Shown: piece after piece, positions 37,901-54,290 of the stretch
Numbering within the stretch: position 1 is the first letter of the stretch
Layout of the letters: every line of letters begins with the position of its first letter
Assembly: GCA_012295275.1 (NCBI GenBank)
Contig: CM022672.1
Coordinates: forward strand, 21,266,001-21,330,000
Length of the DNA stretch: 64,000 bases
Origin: Chrysomallon squamiferum
Taxonomy: Eukaryota > Animalia > Mollusca
Direction of reading: 5' to 3'
Notes under the pieces: model-generated
Databases searched by the model: none
Told to the model about the DNA's origin: nothing
The model's input: the letters and a program-made list of their open reading frames with translations, nothing else
Position numbers and translations under genes: made by a program

Positions 37901-38662
37901 TCTTGAAGTCCATACATAAATTACTATTCCAGGAGGAAGACGTATGTATTGCTATTTCTTTCTTCCATGTTTTAGCTATTTAATTTCTAACTGTATTTTC
38001 CTCTGTTTTAATATATTCTTAATAGTAAATATAGTATGTATGTATTTATGTATACACACACACACATACACACACAGACAAACACACACACACACATAAT
38101 TATGCTGAATTCTTATTAAAATTCTGAAGTAAGAAAATTAGATATTGTATAAGCTTTTCAGTTTGTGTGAAACAGTGAACAATTCTAATAAGCAAAATGG
38201 AGGTAACATAATTATGCACCCACATATATACGCATTACAAATATAAAATAAAATGTATTATCATACCCTTAATAATTATATCCTTTATTAAATTCAGAGC
38301 TATAATAATAATAGTAATAGTAATAATAATAATAAATAAATAAATAAATAATTAAATAAATAAACAAATAAACAAATAAATGTATTTTCTATAGTCAGAA
38401 AAAACCCCACGAAATAATTAAAAAACAACAAAAATAATCTAAGCATTAGAGTCTTGTCTAAAAAAAAAAGTGTTTATAAATAAAGTTCTAAAAATAAAGA
38501 CAAACGATAATAAAATTTGAAATATTAATTTCTTTTTAGGATTTCAGTATTTTTTCCCTCAGTTTAGGATGATGTATAACAAACATATATACACAGTTAC
38601 GTCTGTACATCCATACATACATACTTACATGCGTACATATATACACGTACGTACGTATGCGT

Positions 38663-38733
<71 letters not shown>

Positions 38734-41419
38734 GACATATAGACATTGACACAAACATTTAGATACAAACACGTATGCACACATACACACATATATACAT
38801 ACAAACATACACACACAATGGAATCTAAGTTGTCAATTTCTCCACGCTAAGTGAAATACGAAGTTAGCGGTGTCACATAAATTATCATCGTTAATCCTAC
38901 TGTTGCAACTTAATCTGTTGGCTACGTTAGTACGATATTCCATCCAGTTCGCAGTGATTTATCATCAGAAAATGTCCTACATACGTGCCTGGTGCACAGC
39001 CAGAGGTTTCACTTCACAATAAGACACATTTTTATTTATATTTCTTGCTGCCGTTAAACAAAAATCTTAACCTGTCCGTTCTGTCGCTCAATTGGAATTT
39101 CAAACGACAAGTAATAATAGGTAAACGGCATACTTAATTGTCGTTTATGGAAATAAACGCGCCAGTGCGCGGATTCATGTCGATTCTCGGGATGTTAATT
39201 GGCCTGGTGCAATTGAATTGACCGGGTCTAAACGGTGCCGGAAAACGATGCTTAATTCGCCATAAAAGAGGGAGAATTATAATACACACAGCTATCGGGG
39301 CTGGGGTTACGCGAGTGTGTCTGTGTATTAATATGCGTGCGGATCGTTTTAAAAACGTTATTGTTCTCCTTTAACGATCTCCGATAAGTTTTACGACTTT
39401 CTGACGTATGTCAGGTTTTTTTTTTTTTTTAAGTTTTTTTTTATATATATATATATATTTCTAAATGGTTGATCATTAGGTTTTATTGGGTTTTTTTTTT
39501 AGAGTAAAACTGTTTTAAAGTTTGATAGAAGAAAATTATTGTATATATTTTTCTTCTAAAAAAAAAAAAAAGAAATAAAGATACGTACGTAATCACTGGC
39601 AGCTTCCATACTGTCTGATAAACATCAGATAAGTGTTAAATTTTGACTTTTAATTACGTATAAATGAATGAGAATTCAGATTAACGACAAATTCAGCTGA
39701 TATATAAATATTTCTCATTTTGCTAGCTGTATGGGTTTTTAAAAATAAATTTATATTCTATTCTGTTTATTTTATTTTATGTATTTTGCAGCTATTTATT
39801 TAGTTTTTATTTTTAATTTTTAATTTTTTTTTTTTTTTTTTCAGGGGGTTATTGTGGGGTTTTTTGATTTTTTGGTTGTTTTTTTTTGTTTGTTTGTTTG
39901 TTTTGTTTGTTTTGTTTTGTTTGTTTTTGATTGTTTTTGTTTTGGATTTTTTTTTATTCTGGATTTTTTTGTTTTTTTTTTGTTTTATTTTGATCTTTTT
40001 GTTGTTGTTTTTCCTTTTAATTGTGTTTTAAGCATTCATTTCTAAATGATTTTTAATTTTAATTTAATTTAATTTATTTTCCTCTGTCTCTCTATTTCTC
40101 TACCTCTGTGTGTATATGTATGTATGTAAGTATATATATATATATATTTGTTATCTGTCTTTGTTTCTCTTATTTTTTTAGCTTCCTTGAAGGTAATAGT
40201 AGTAGTAGTAATAATAATAATAGTAGTAGTAGGGTGGTGATGGTGGTAGTAGTAGTAAAGCAGTAGCAAGCAGAAGTGCTATTTAACATAAACTAACTAG
40301 AAGTAATATTTAATTACTCGATCCAGATGGGACATCTCTACAACCAATTATTCATCTACAGGCATTTTTTTTTTTTTTTTTAACGGAAGCCAACCGAGTA
40401 CCCCATATCCTCCCTAATATAATTGTGTCACATTCTGGTTTCATACCTGCTGCTGCCCCTCCCACCCACCCATGTAAGCGTCCTCGTCTCTTCTTCATCA
40501 CGTCAGCCTCCCCCAGTACATGCACCGTCTTCTGTATCATTGCGAATCCCAGGCTACGAGTAAAAAGGTCTTCTCACGAACAGCGATCCCAAGACAAACA
40601 TCGTTGACAAAGGACAGCGTATATCCCATCACATCTTCTAATTGAAACCGTTTACGTTTCAAACGTAGATTTGTGTAGTCTGGTGTATTGCAGCCTCAGC
40701 ACGAGCTTGCAATTAAGCCACATTATACACGGTAATTTGGCCGAGAGAGAAGGGGAAAAAAGAAGCAAATAGGATTATTCGCCAAGGTAGGCATTCATCG
40801 ACCACGTTTAAAGATCACTTCACCGTGCTCCGACGACAACAGGCGACACTTCGCAGCCCTTTAATGTTCAATTGATGGCTTTATCCATACTAATTGGTCC
40901 ACTTCTCGAGTTTAGAATCTCTTGTTTAAATGTTTGTTTTTAATGCCAGCAAAGGTACTGGCAATTTTTCAAAAGCATGAGATCTCCGATACAGGAATAT
41001 TTCTCGCACAAAAGAAGATGGTTTCGGATATGTTTGCCCACTGCCTGCACCGTCAACTTCCATTACTCAGTGACAATCTGCAAACGTTTAGCGAGAGGAT
41101 CGACAGCGGACTTCTGTAACTGATAGGCGAGTGAGTCCTCGGCAAATTGCAAGATGTTTCACGTTTCAAGAAAGCGCTCTTTGTACTGAAGTTTTGGCTT
41201 CGCTGATGTCGAAATCCTCTGGGTTCTTCAGACACGCACGCTCGGCAGACAGGAAACACGTTAAAATATAAAATACAGTTAACTAAAAATACAAGCAAAT
41301 CTTCACACAAGCTGTCGACTTCTTGTTTCGTTGGTCAGTGTTAAAACATCGTGGATATTCTAGTTTCAGAACTAAATTACTTTCACTCTTCTTGTTCTTT
41401 TTGTCAACATATCTCATTA

Positions 41420-41685
<266 letters not shown>

Positions 41686-42324
41686 AAAGAAGAATCAGGC
41701 TCGCTTCAAGCGCTATTTCATCGACTCTTAACAGCCCACGGTATGTACTGTGAAAAGTAATTTCTTGTTATAATTAGTTCCCAAGTCGCTGTCACTTTGG
41801 TTTGACCGATGGACTGCTCATTTGACAAGTATTGTGCGAGACGGGCGCACAGCGCTTTGCCCATCTTCCGTCCTCGCCTCACGCCGACGGGACACAATGG
41901 CGCACAGTGGCTCGGTTATAGCTGTCATTTTAATGATTTAAAAGTTTCATATTTACCTACAATGCATTATACTCTGATCAGGCCTAATTTGGATCATTCA
42001 ACACGCACCATGTGTGGCGGTTTGACACTTCCAAAGCAAAAGCATCCAGGCATGGATGATATATATATATAGAAAATATATATAAATTTTATTCCATTTC
42101 TTTCTAAAGAAAATAAGGGTTAACATTTAGTAATGGGATACGAAGAAAAAGTTTAGGGTTTACTGTAGCATTTTTTTTTTTTTGATATAAGACGGATGAG
42201 ATTAGTATAGATTGGAGCTATAGAGAAAGTTAATAAAAAAAAAAAAAGTGTTTCAGTTATGATACTGGTTTCTCTAATTGTTAGATAATTCGATAATGGT
42301 GAAGATAATCAGAATCCAAAGTAA

Positions 42325-42511
42325 AGACAGATAAACAAACTGACAGACAGATAGACAAATAGAAAGATATATAGACAGAAGACCCACAGACTGAAAGACA
42401 GAGACAGATAGATAGATAGATAGACAGACAGACAAACAGACAGATAGATAGATAGATAGATTTATAGACAGACAGACATCAGACAGACAGACAGACATCA
42501 GACAGACAGAC

Positions 42512-42586
<75 letters not shown>

Positions 42587-42640
42587 CAGAGAGAAAGAGA
42601 CAGAGACAGAGAGACAGTCAGACAGACATACAGACAAAGA
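42325..42640. repeat. (GATA)n/(GACA)n microsatellite
   Basis: Direct reading. Confidence 0.95.
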
Positions 42641-43347
42641 GATTGGCAGAAAGATCTGGGTCTGTAGAGGTGAAATAGTGAGAAAGACTGATAGCCAGTA
42701 TAGGATTTCCATTATAATACAAAATACAACTATGACTCATGGTTTTTCTCCGTCTTTTTATCTTTCGACATTCTGAATGGTACCAATACGAAACATCCAC
42801 AGTCTAAACATACCCATCCCCATCTTTTGTCATCTGCAGGTGATAATACTTAACTACATTCATTCAAATAAATCCTTGTTCTATACAAAAAAACATGGAA
42901 ACTCTGACCAACTGAACTGACAGATGTTCTTTTAACAGGTATTTACTGTTATGTGTGGCTGTGTATAAATGTCGTTCATTGTCTATCATAATAATAATTA
43001 GTACAGACCACAAAAAATAAATACCTGGCTACGTCGTGCACCACGTGTGTTCAAGTGAACTCCCACCCTCTTTGAGATATCTGACTATTTACGCTGGGTA
43101 CGCATCTGCATGCACAACAGCAAACATTTCGTTGGACTCCCAGTTCGTAACCTTTTAGACAAACTTCAGCGTAAATAATAGCTGTGATGGAAATCTGTTA
43201 TTAGTTAAACACATAGACTATTATAAAAAAATATATATTTTTTTTTTTTTGTTTAGCTTTATTATTTTCTTCTCTTTTTCCTTTACTTTTTTTTTTTTCC
43301 TCAACTAAAAAAAAATATATATATGTGTATATATATATATATGTGTG

Positions 43348-43416
<69 letters not shown>

Positions 43417-44526
43417 TCAACCATAAAATTAATCAAGTTTAGAAATTCCACTTCAAAAGTCCATCATTAAATTACAAAAAAAAAAAAAAAAAAAAAAGCA
43501 TTAAACTTAAAAATGGACGTACAAAGCTTTCCCCTAGTGTACCTTCTGACACTTTCTCGTTACTAGCCCTCAGCATCAGCTAGGTAAATGTTCACCTCTA
43601 ATAAAACTGCAGTCAAACACAGATCGCGTTAATGATGTGCCCGGCCATAAAGGAAGAGAAGCCAAGCGATAGTTCATTACGAGGTAGTCTTTTCTTCAAG
43701 GTAAATTGCTTCTTTTGTGAGTGTTGCTTACCGTGAGTAAATCAGTGGTGAACTGAGCCCAGTGCGATTTAGGTGTGATCATTTACAGTTTGTTGAGAGA
43801 AGAAGACAAAAAAAAAAAAAAAAAGAAGGATAGAAAAGAAGACTAGACTAATGCGCTTGTTAAATGTATTTCGTATAATAACGAGTGTGAAACTGACACA
43901 TGAATTTTATTTATTTTATTTTATTTATTTATTTTTATTATTTATTTAATTGTGGTTGTTTTTTGTTTAGTTTTTTATTTTATTTTATTTATTTAGATTT
44001 TTTTGTTCTTTGTTATTATTATTATAATCATTATTTTTGTAAATCTTTTTATTATTTTATTACTATTATTATTAATAATATTATTATTAATATTATTGTT
44101 ATTGTTGTTGTTGTTGTTGTTGTTGTTGTTATTTTTGTTATTATTATTACCTTTTTCAAATTTTTTATTTATCCTTTGATCCATCTGTCTATCTTTCTTT
44201 CTGTCTATTTATCTATCTATCTATCGATCTACCTATCTATCTATCTATATTTTCTTTGACATCGTCTTATTTTCAATTATTTAACTGATTCATTTGAACG
44301 CTTTTCCACCCACTAAAAAGTAATTTCCAGTTCGCTTATAAAATAAAGGTTTCTAATTTGTGTTTATCTTCTTTTTTTTTTTTTTTTTCTCTCAATTTAT
44401 TATTACGGTTTTCTGTTGGGTTTGGGGGATTTTTTTTTTTTTTTTTTATCTCTTTCTCATTGGTTCGGGTATATTTATTTTTAAATTGTCATTAACTTTT
44501 ATTTATTTTCTTACTTTTTAATATTT

Positions 44527-44573
<47 letters not shown>

Positions 44574-46644
44574 TGATTGATCTTTTGTGTGTAGAAATAT
44601 CATATGACTAAGTAAAAATGATCTCCTCAGCATAAAAATTGTGTTCTAGTCATCAATTTTATCTAATTCTTATTCATATATTTATATTTTTTCATTTTTT
44701 TGTTCTTGTGTGTATGCGTTATGTATTATGTCACTGCAATAATTCAGCTGTATATTAATCACACATGTATGTTAAGAGTTCATGTTACTTGCATAACAGC
44801 GCAATACACACACTTTTCTCATTATTCACAACCCCTTCTTCCTTCCCTTGCTCTTCCCATACATTTTCTATTCTTTTTTTTTTTTTTTACATAAAGGAGC
44901 AAGTGATTATTACATTTCAAAATGTTAATTACATGCAATGATATCCACACAAGCGCGCTGAAGCGTTGTATGTAATATGCAAACTCGAGTTTATCATTGA
45001 GAAATAAATTACACTGAAATTGATAACGATAAATAACATGTCACGTCGTTGAAAAGCGTCAACGCAGAGCGTTTGTGAATACTTGTAAATCTAATTTCAC
45101 AATCATTTTTTTCCCATTCTACTCTTAACCTAATTTTTTTTTTTTTTTAGCGAAAAAAGAGTAAATATTAAATGGGAGAAAAAGTATGGACAGTATGATA
45201 AAAGCAACCTGTGGTGCTAATTCTTCTTTTTTTTTTTTTTTTTTTTTCTTCTGTCTTCATTTTTATTTCTTTTTCTGTTAAATCTCTTATTAAAAACCTT
45301 ATTTGAAGATATTATAAATCCATACATTTTGAAAATGGTTGCATAAGAAGCGGTTAAAAGAGAACGTTTGAAAACGATGATAAAAGCTGTGCATTTTCAC
45401 ATTCATTTATCCGATCTATTTTTAACAGCAGAAAAAGAAAAAAAAGAAGAAAAAAGAAAAAAGCAACATGATATTTCATTTCCATAATTTTCCATCTATA
45501 TATATATCTATTTATATATATAATTTTTATTATTATCATATTTTCACATTTAAAAAAAAAAAATGAAATGAGAATCATTTATTATCATTGTTTTGTTATT
45601 ATTGTTGATGTTAGTATTTGTATTTTTATTTTATTTACTATTATTGTATTTTTTTTTTTCTTGTCTCATCTTTTCTATGCAACCAGCAGAGCGTAACGGC
45701 TGATTGTAGAGGATGGTGACCCCCGCCCATGCTATCGCATAACTTGATAGATTTTTCCCTCACCGGGGCAATTTTTCTATTTCGTTTCACAATAACTCTA
45801 TCTTTTTGTCAATAGATGACAAGTTTCTAGCATGTTTTGACAGCTGGGGGGTTTAATACCACAGGAAACAATCGCTGACCAGTTTTCAAGAAAGAGTCGA
45901 CAAAGGGGAGATAACAAGGACTCATAGAATCGAATATCTAAAGAGTTCTGATTGGTATGGTGTCGGTTGCAAACCTTTTCGAGTGTTTTATTTTAGACGA
46001 GTTATTTTTGACACTGGATACGCGTTTCAGTCAGGCTAATGGCGTTGATTTGAGACCCTTCCCTACAAAGAAAGGTAAAGATTAAGACTAATTTAAAAAA
46101 CATACTACGGTAAACAAAGTGTTCCTGGCACCATGCATATATATATATTTAAGCTAGATTGGGGCTGATATCAACTTGTCAGCTAATTTTTTTTTTTTTC
46201 AGACGGAATGTACCCGAAGCGGAACGATTTGTCAGATGGAAATAAACCTATCGGTCTATTAAAAACTAACGACAGAGCTATTAACACAATAACACACTCA
46301 CACGAACGAATATTTACTGGCGTGCGCTTCTCAGGCACGCTTGTCAAGGTTGGTTTGTGGATTGATAGTATCGGGGTTCGAATTATCCTACGGACCTTCT
46401 TGTCAAGAGTTTGTAATAATCATAGGAGCAGGAGGGATAGAGTTTGTTTCTTGATATCGTTCAGACGTTCGGAGATAATTAGGGAGAGAGAAAGAGAGAC
46501 AGAGACAGACAGAGAGAGATAGCCTGTATCCTCTTTGTGTGTGTATATATGAAATAGAGTGTCTGGGTGTGTGTTTATGGTACTTGTGAGAGAGAGAGCT
46601 TGAGTGAATAAATAGAAATAAAGAAAAAAAGAAAGAGAGAGAAC

Positions 46645-46771
<127 letters not shown>

Positions 46772-47810
46772 TTAAAGCAGAAAAAAAACAGTGAAAGGCA
46801 TGAGAAAATAACAAATATATGAATTTAAAAGAAGAAGAAAACAAAGAAATATAATAAAACAAAATAATACAATAAATATACATCCTTCCCGCTAGCTGAA
46901 CAGAGAAAGAAAAGTAAAAGGCTTTATTATTTTTCTGACTGCCTCTGCTTGAAAGCGTCATTCGGTAATCCGAGTGAATTAAAGTTAGCGGTATGAAACA
47001 ATATATCCGAATTACCAACAAAAGTCGCGCGTATTCGATAAACGAGCAATAAACTCTGATACTGCATCAATTTGGTGAGAAATAGCATTATATTTTATAA
47101 CCAATAAACTAGGGTGATGTATCAGTGTCTAGAAAATAAAGGTACATTTACTCAAAACCACCAACAGAGTATTAAAGGTGCGTTCACACCAAGCATTTCT
47201 CAAAAACGATTATTTGAAACTGATTTATTTTAATGATTATATATTTATATATAAATTTTTTTATTATGATTATTATTATATTTATATTTAATATGACAAT
47301 CATGAATGTATATATATATATATATACATACACATACATACAGAACGAGAATGATGATGATGATGATGTTTGATGATGATCTCTATGAAAATATCTAGAA
47401 AAGTCAGTTGTTGTATCCACGACACAAATGTTTGAACATTTCTTTGATGTATTCGTTCTAACAGTCACCAAGGATCGCTATTCCTGCTTATAATTTTTGT
47501 TAAAAAGGAAAAGAAGAAGTAATCTTTAAAAGAGTAATAATTATTATTATTACTGATTTTTTTTTAGCATAACAATTTAATAAAGAGAATATTTAGAGTT
47601 TTTTTTACACTGTGAAACTTTATCTGCCGTAAACAGATATTTAAACATTTTAATAAATCAATATGTACTAAATAATTTGCTGTCCTATGATTTCTTACTT
47701 ATTTATTTTTATTTATTTATCCACTCGGTCTGTCTATCTGTCTTTATCCCTATCTCTATCCATCTATTAGTCAATCTATCTATCTATCTATCTATTTATT
47801 TATCTACCTA

Positions 47811-47913
<103 letters not shown>

Positions 47914-48129
47914 GTCTTTTTACCCTCTGAAATAAAGAAAAATATTAACAAATTTTGGATTTTGGATATTTCTTACGGAATCCTTGAAAAAGATTATTTA
48001 AACCCTATGGCTCAGGAGAACTATGTTTAGGAATTACATATTCAAATTAATATGAATTAAAAAGAAATATACAGCCGGTCCGGTGGATGACATGCAGCGA
48101 AAGAGAAAGAAATAAAATAAATGAAATGA

Positions 48130-48166
<37 letters not shown>

Positions 48167-49327
48167 AAGATCAACTCAACTGCATTAGGTCTACTACACT
48201 TTACCCCGTGTTTCACTGTGTTAGTATAAGTGGTGCGGTATAATCGTGCCTATAATTTACCCACACGGATGTTATAATTCCTGTTAAGTGGAACACCTGT
48301 TCATGATTATACAGTACTGTCATTTTACTAATCACCAAGATAAAGTATTTATCTCCAAAATGTGATACCTTGCACAGGTAAATCATGTTAATTAGCGAGT
48401 ATACGATTACGGAGATAGGTAGATAATAAAAATGGCATCCTCGATGATATTTTAATAATAATTTCACCAATTTTTTTTTTTATTAGTGTTCCTGTCTCTA
48501 AAAAAGCAGTAAAACTATTAGTAAGGAGAAAAAAGTTTTATAATTTATTTATGATCATGAGAAAGGTAATTTGAAACGTTTCTAAGATAATTAAAATGTC
48601 AGGGTTATTTTTTATTATAATTATGTTTATTTCAATATATATTTATTTTTTTTTTTTTTTTTTATTTTTTTCATTTTTTTTATGTAATTTAATTTAAGGT
48701 TGTTTTTTTTTTTTTTTTTTTGAATTTGCTTCTGTAATGCAATAAACGTGTGAAGCTGTCGCTGTATGTGTGTTTGTCGTTATTGTTGTTGTTTGTTGCT
48801 ATGTTTATTAATATAAATTGTTACAGTTGTTATTATTGTAGCTTTCTTTACTCCCTTTTGCATTGTTTTTTTGTTGTTGTTGTTGTTGTTTTTTGTTGTT
48901 TTTTTTTTTTTTTTTTTTTGACAGTCGATTACTTGTTACTTTTTGTATCGTTTTCCAAAATATTAACATAACACAAAAAATAATTACAAAAATAATACTA
49001 ATAACAAAAACAATAATAATAATGAAAGGACATACAGTATTTGAAAGAACCTAATTATATAAAATAAAAAAAAAAAAAAAAGCACTAAAATAAAATAAAA
49101 ACCCAACAACAAATATAAATAAATATTTATATTTTCCTATTTATTATTACTGTTCTGTTAACATACTTATTTCTTACAAATGAATAGATTTGATTCATGT
49201 TCATTACAATGTAAATTGCTTAATTTGCAATAAATCAGTAGGATAATGATATCTTATTAGCATCTCTGGTATTATTTGTTTTAGTGTGTGTTTGTAAACA
49301 CTTTTATAAATTAATTAATTATCACTT

Positions 49328-49390
<63 letters not shown>

Positions 49391-50433
49391 AGATGATGAT
49401 AAATAACCAAATAATAAATAAAAAACCGAACAAACACATAAATATTTAACAAATTTTAAATAATTAAGCCTATTTCATTAATCTTTAATTATTTTTAAAT
49501 ATAAAAAAAATAATATTATTAATAAGAAACGGGATTATATAAAAAAAAAAAAATAATAATAATAATAATAATAAAAATAATTGAAATTTATGATTTTGAC
49601 ACTAACTAGCCCGAAGAAAGTCTGTTTAAATGCTGATCGTTTTCTAACGGGATGATATTAATCCGTTGACCAAATTAAAATTATTACCGTTTGTAATGCA
49701 ATGATAATGATCTCATTCCTCGCTGTAATTGCGTTCATCATTTTTTCACAACTGTAAATGAAACAAGATCTTAAAGCAATCAGTTTTTCTGCACATTTAG
49801 CTTTTGCGCTAAATCAGAATTAGCTAAAAGTAATTCCGAAAATAAAAGAGAAATAAAAACTTTCTCCGTAATGTATATTTCACTCTCGATATGGACAATT
49901 TCGCGATCTCTCGCTCGCTGCTTCGCGTTTGGCGGGGAAATTAAAAGAGAAGATTTATTTAGCTGAGTTTTGGCGAAAATCAACCCGTGCTTCCTCGTGA
50001 CTTGCAACGCAAGATCTGTGTTTTGATTTCACTGCCAGGATGTCACACTTCGTGTTTACTGTGCGGTCAGATTATGACTTGGCGTGAAATTGACGTTCTT
50101 TTCACTGAAATCGATTTGTCTGACCCGGATCGGTGAGGTCTATTGCAGATGTCTTTTTCTAACAGAGCGTGTCATTTTCATGCAATTGACTTCATCAATT
50201 TTTTCTTTGATTGGAACAAGAAGATTCTAGATAGTTCATCGGTTAGAGAAATATGAAATTATTTATTGGTCTGCTGCATGGTTTGCGTGTTGTTTGTATC
50301 TTTTCCAATAATAAAAAAATATAAGAAATATGTTGTTGTTTTTTTTTTTTTAATTTGTTAATATATTTGTAAATATTTATTTGTTTATGGACATCAAATA
50401 TCGTAAAAGTTAATTTAATTCATACAAAAAAAT

Positions 50434-50495
<62 letters not shown>

Positions 50496-51174
50496 AATTA
50501 AATAAATAAATATAAACTCATGGCATATTCGATCCACAGTTGTTGTCGTTTTAAGGACTTGTCATTCTTTCTTTTCTGTTTGTTTGTTTTTTGTTGTTTT
50601 TTTTTTTTTTTTTTTTTTTTTTTCACACAATAACCCATCAGGCGGTAGATATTTCAGACACCACTCTAGTAAAAGTTCTAGATGTGCGCCTGGTGACACC
50701 AAAATTAAACTTTCTTATTCCAGCTTTATTTCTTAAACATAAATCACATTTCAAACACATTTCTCGACGCAAACGCCATCGTGCTATCGCCCACAGACAC
50801 TTCTCGAATACCTTTGTTAACGTAGACAAACAGCAGTAGAAATATTTTTATGTCTTTAACATATTACTGATGTTGCGCATTAATCACGGCAATATTCATT
50901 GTTTAATGTTGCTTTGTTGACACATTAGAAAATCTCTGACGACAGCTTGTGAGGTCTTGTCGATTTCTAACTGTAAAGTGCGGTAATGCTTGATCCCGTT
51001 TGTGAAACAGACAGAAAACGCTGCCGTGGCTTCAATCCGAAGTCGGTGGGCAATTGTTTAGCTTTTATATTGCAAATATGTAATCAATTTCTGTAACCCA
51101 GACAGTGTCCTTGGACTAATTTATTCATCAGTCTCATACACGTTCTTATGTCTAAGTATTTATCAGTCTGTTTC

Positions 51175-51178
<4 letters not shown>

Positions 51179-51259
<81 letters not shown>

Positions 51260-51405
51260 GCAAGCACAGACTTTTAAAACACAGTTCATTCATAATTTAT
51301 TTTTATACATACATACACACATATATACATACATACATACATATTCATACGTACATACACACACACACACACATACATATATACACACACACACACATAC
51401 ATACA

Positions 51406-51439
<34 letters not shown>

Positions 51440-51460
51440 CATACATACATACGTACATAA
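51179..51460. repeat. (CT)n and (ATAC/AC)n microsatellites
   Basis: Direct reading. Confidence 0.9.
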
Positions 51461-53006
51461 GCAGAACATTGGTTGATTACGTATACTTTTTCATTTTATA
51501 TTAAAGCAAATTAACGTCTAAGGTATAATTATTAAAGGTACACACGATCTGAAAATCGAACGAACATATACACACAGAAAAAAAAATCTTATACAGTCTA
51601 TATCCGTATAAAGTAACTAGCATTATTTTCACTTTAAAATCATTAAAATTAAATTTCAGTAACTTTTAAAGCAAATATTTATTACACCACATTAACATAT
51701 AAAATATAAAATCAACACAAAAAAAAAAACCAAAAACAATCATGCTCTCTGACGGAGATTCAGAGGGACTAAATAAAGAGGGAGGAGGAGAAGGAGGTCC
51801 ACGTGGACTTGTACAAGCAGAAGTAAGACATGCTTCTTGTCCTGTCTTCCACCGTCAATGAAGTCCAATTATACAGAATAGCGAGCTGTGAATGAAACCC
51901 TTTGGGAAATGGGGGCTTTTCGTTCTGAAGCGAGAAATAAATCAGTCAATGTTTAGTGTCACTTCTTTTATGAAGGACGGCCATCTATTATCCCTGGACG
52001 GGACGGGTATCGCTTCTTTGTCGATTACCTTATAATTTCCAGTTGACAAGCTTTTTCAACAAAACAGAAATTACCCAGCTACAGATTGCTTCTTTTCTTA
52101 CCGAAGAAATTGTGAACAGTGGCGAAATAACCACAACAATATTCTTGTCAAAATCGGAAATTAATAGAGCAGTCGGGTCGTGCACGATTTATATATAGCT
52201 AGATTACAAGTATTAGAAGCGTCTCTGAAGAAGAAAAAAAAAACTACACATTATCGGCCAGCCGGCAACACGCGGTATTACAATGACAAATAGGGCAATT
52301 AATTACACCTAGTAAATACATCCCCGCCTTCACAGCCAAATGCCCCTTCTGTTTGTTGTTCGCCTTTATCGAGTCCGTTCCGATACCAACACTGAAGACA
52401 TTTTCATTCCAGTGTACATGGGGGTTTATCGAAGGTCGTGGCAGTGAGATTACACAGACCGCCCACTACGGCACTCGACTTTCAAACAGAGAATCCCTAC
52501 TTAAGAGTTAGTTGTAACTGAAATTCCGTTCAGCTGGAAAAAAAATTTAGGTCTGAGACCTTGGATGGGATAATATAGGTGAAAGTATAAATTGAAACTA
52601 CTTTTTTTTTTTTTTTTTCTTCGCGGATGTGGATAGAATAGACCCAAAATATGTGTGTAATTTATATTTGTCTTAGATACTGAATTGATAAACATTCTGT
52701 TATGTAATTTATTTTATTTATCTGTCGACTTTTCACAGTCTACATTTATCAGGAAAACCCTTGTGTAAATCTACACTGTGTACCTTTAATACTTTTAAAA
52801 TTCAGATACATCCGCATTCCACTGGTAATTATCATTCTTAGAATACTAGCGCACAGCCATTACATTTTATAACCCATTTTACTTCTAAAATTAAATTGTA
52901 TGGATATTGCGTTATACAAGCAAGATTACTTCTAGAATCAAAGCATATTAATATTGTAATTTGATGCGACGACTGTATTCTACTTACATACATAAAACAA
53001 CAAACA

Positions 53007-53047
<41 letters not shown>

Positions 53048-54125
53048 ACAAACTGACATTCAAACAAATTTTAAATGTAATTATCATTCTCTTTGTAAAA
53101 TCGATTGGTGAAGAGAAAACAAACAATAATATGAACAAGTAGTTTCTGACGTTATTAAATCAATGCTTTAATCAATTGTAACATATGAAAATATCATTTA
53201 CACTGAATATATATTTTATTGGCTTTTAAATTCCAGTCTTGTCAATGCGGAGAGATATCTGTCCTTGTTTTGCTGGGGAGGGTTAACATATATATATATA
53301 TTTTAAAATATATTATTGGAAGAAGCATATGTGCCTATTAAATTTAAATTACGTTTGATTTTGTACACATACGTACATATACACAGATTTATACATATAT
53401 GATTTTAGACAGTCAGATATAATATATATAGATAGAGAGACTAACAGATAAATTAAAAGAATTATTCAAACGAATAAATGTATAATATCTGAAATAAACT
53501 TATTCAAAAGATTTAAATGTTGAAATGTCTTAAATAAAAGAAAATGGCAGTCATTGTTATCATAGCAGTCGAGTACATTCTCAAGTAACAATCTTTACAT
53601 TTATAAAGTCATATTTTGTCACTTAAAACTTACATTCAGAAACAATTAATATTGTTACGCTGCTCCTGAAATTGTCAGCGACTGTTCTCAATATTTTGAT
53701 AATTGTCGTAGACAAGTCTTTTGTGTTTTAATTAGAATATGTTCCGTGTCCTCCATATTTTTACAGGTTAGTACGTAAACAGTGTAATGAGGGGAACAAG
53801 TCGTAAAAAAATGTCATGGGCATTATATTTCCATTGTGTATGTTAATTAGCTAAATTATTCAAATGTTTTTTCTTAACTGCACCCATCTGTACTTTATTC
53901 TAACCACTTTACTCTACAGTCTTTTTAACTGCAATTTGTTCTCAGTTTTCGATCACTTCAGCATCAAACAAGTGCGTGAGATGGACGATCTTCTCTTCAA
54001 AAACGGGCTCCAAAAGTTTCCTTTCAGTTTTTCTACCTGTCATGAAGATACGTTTCCAAGCAAATGTACAAAGCAGACGACGGCATTTCTCTGGTCCAAG
54101 GAAATTTGTGGCTTCAAGATGGCGT

Positions 54126-54290
54126 CTAAGACACATCAACAATTTCATTTTCATCTTCACTGTCACTGTCATCGTTTACAGAATTTTCTCTCACACATTT
54201 TTCTGATTGTCTGTTAGATGGCGAAATAGAATCTTGTTCTGCTTTTATTCTCTTGTATTTCGTTCTTCTGTTTTGAAACCAAACTTTTAC
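54126..54290 (-). CDS. Emx: Emx-b coding exon 3 (54 aa + TAG)
   Basis: Acceptor tacattcag|GTA. Translates [54 protein letters not shown]. Confidence 0.95.
   Translation of the reverse strand, partial: VKVWFQNRRTKYKRIKAEQDSISPSNRQSEKCVRENSVNDDSDSEDENEIVDVS

Noticed and set aside
52457-52465. Single Gli-like site GACCGCCCA
   Set aside because: Isolated one-mismatch 9-mer; uninformative without conservation data.
53864-54217. Overlapping ORFs of 76-117 aa around Emx-b exon 3 (also 57811-58038 and 28208-28399)
   Set aside because: Antisense or alternative-frame shadows of real Emx exons.
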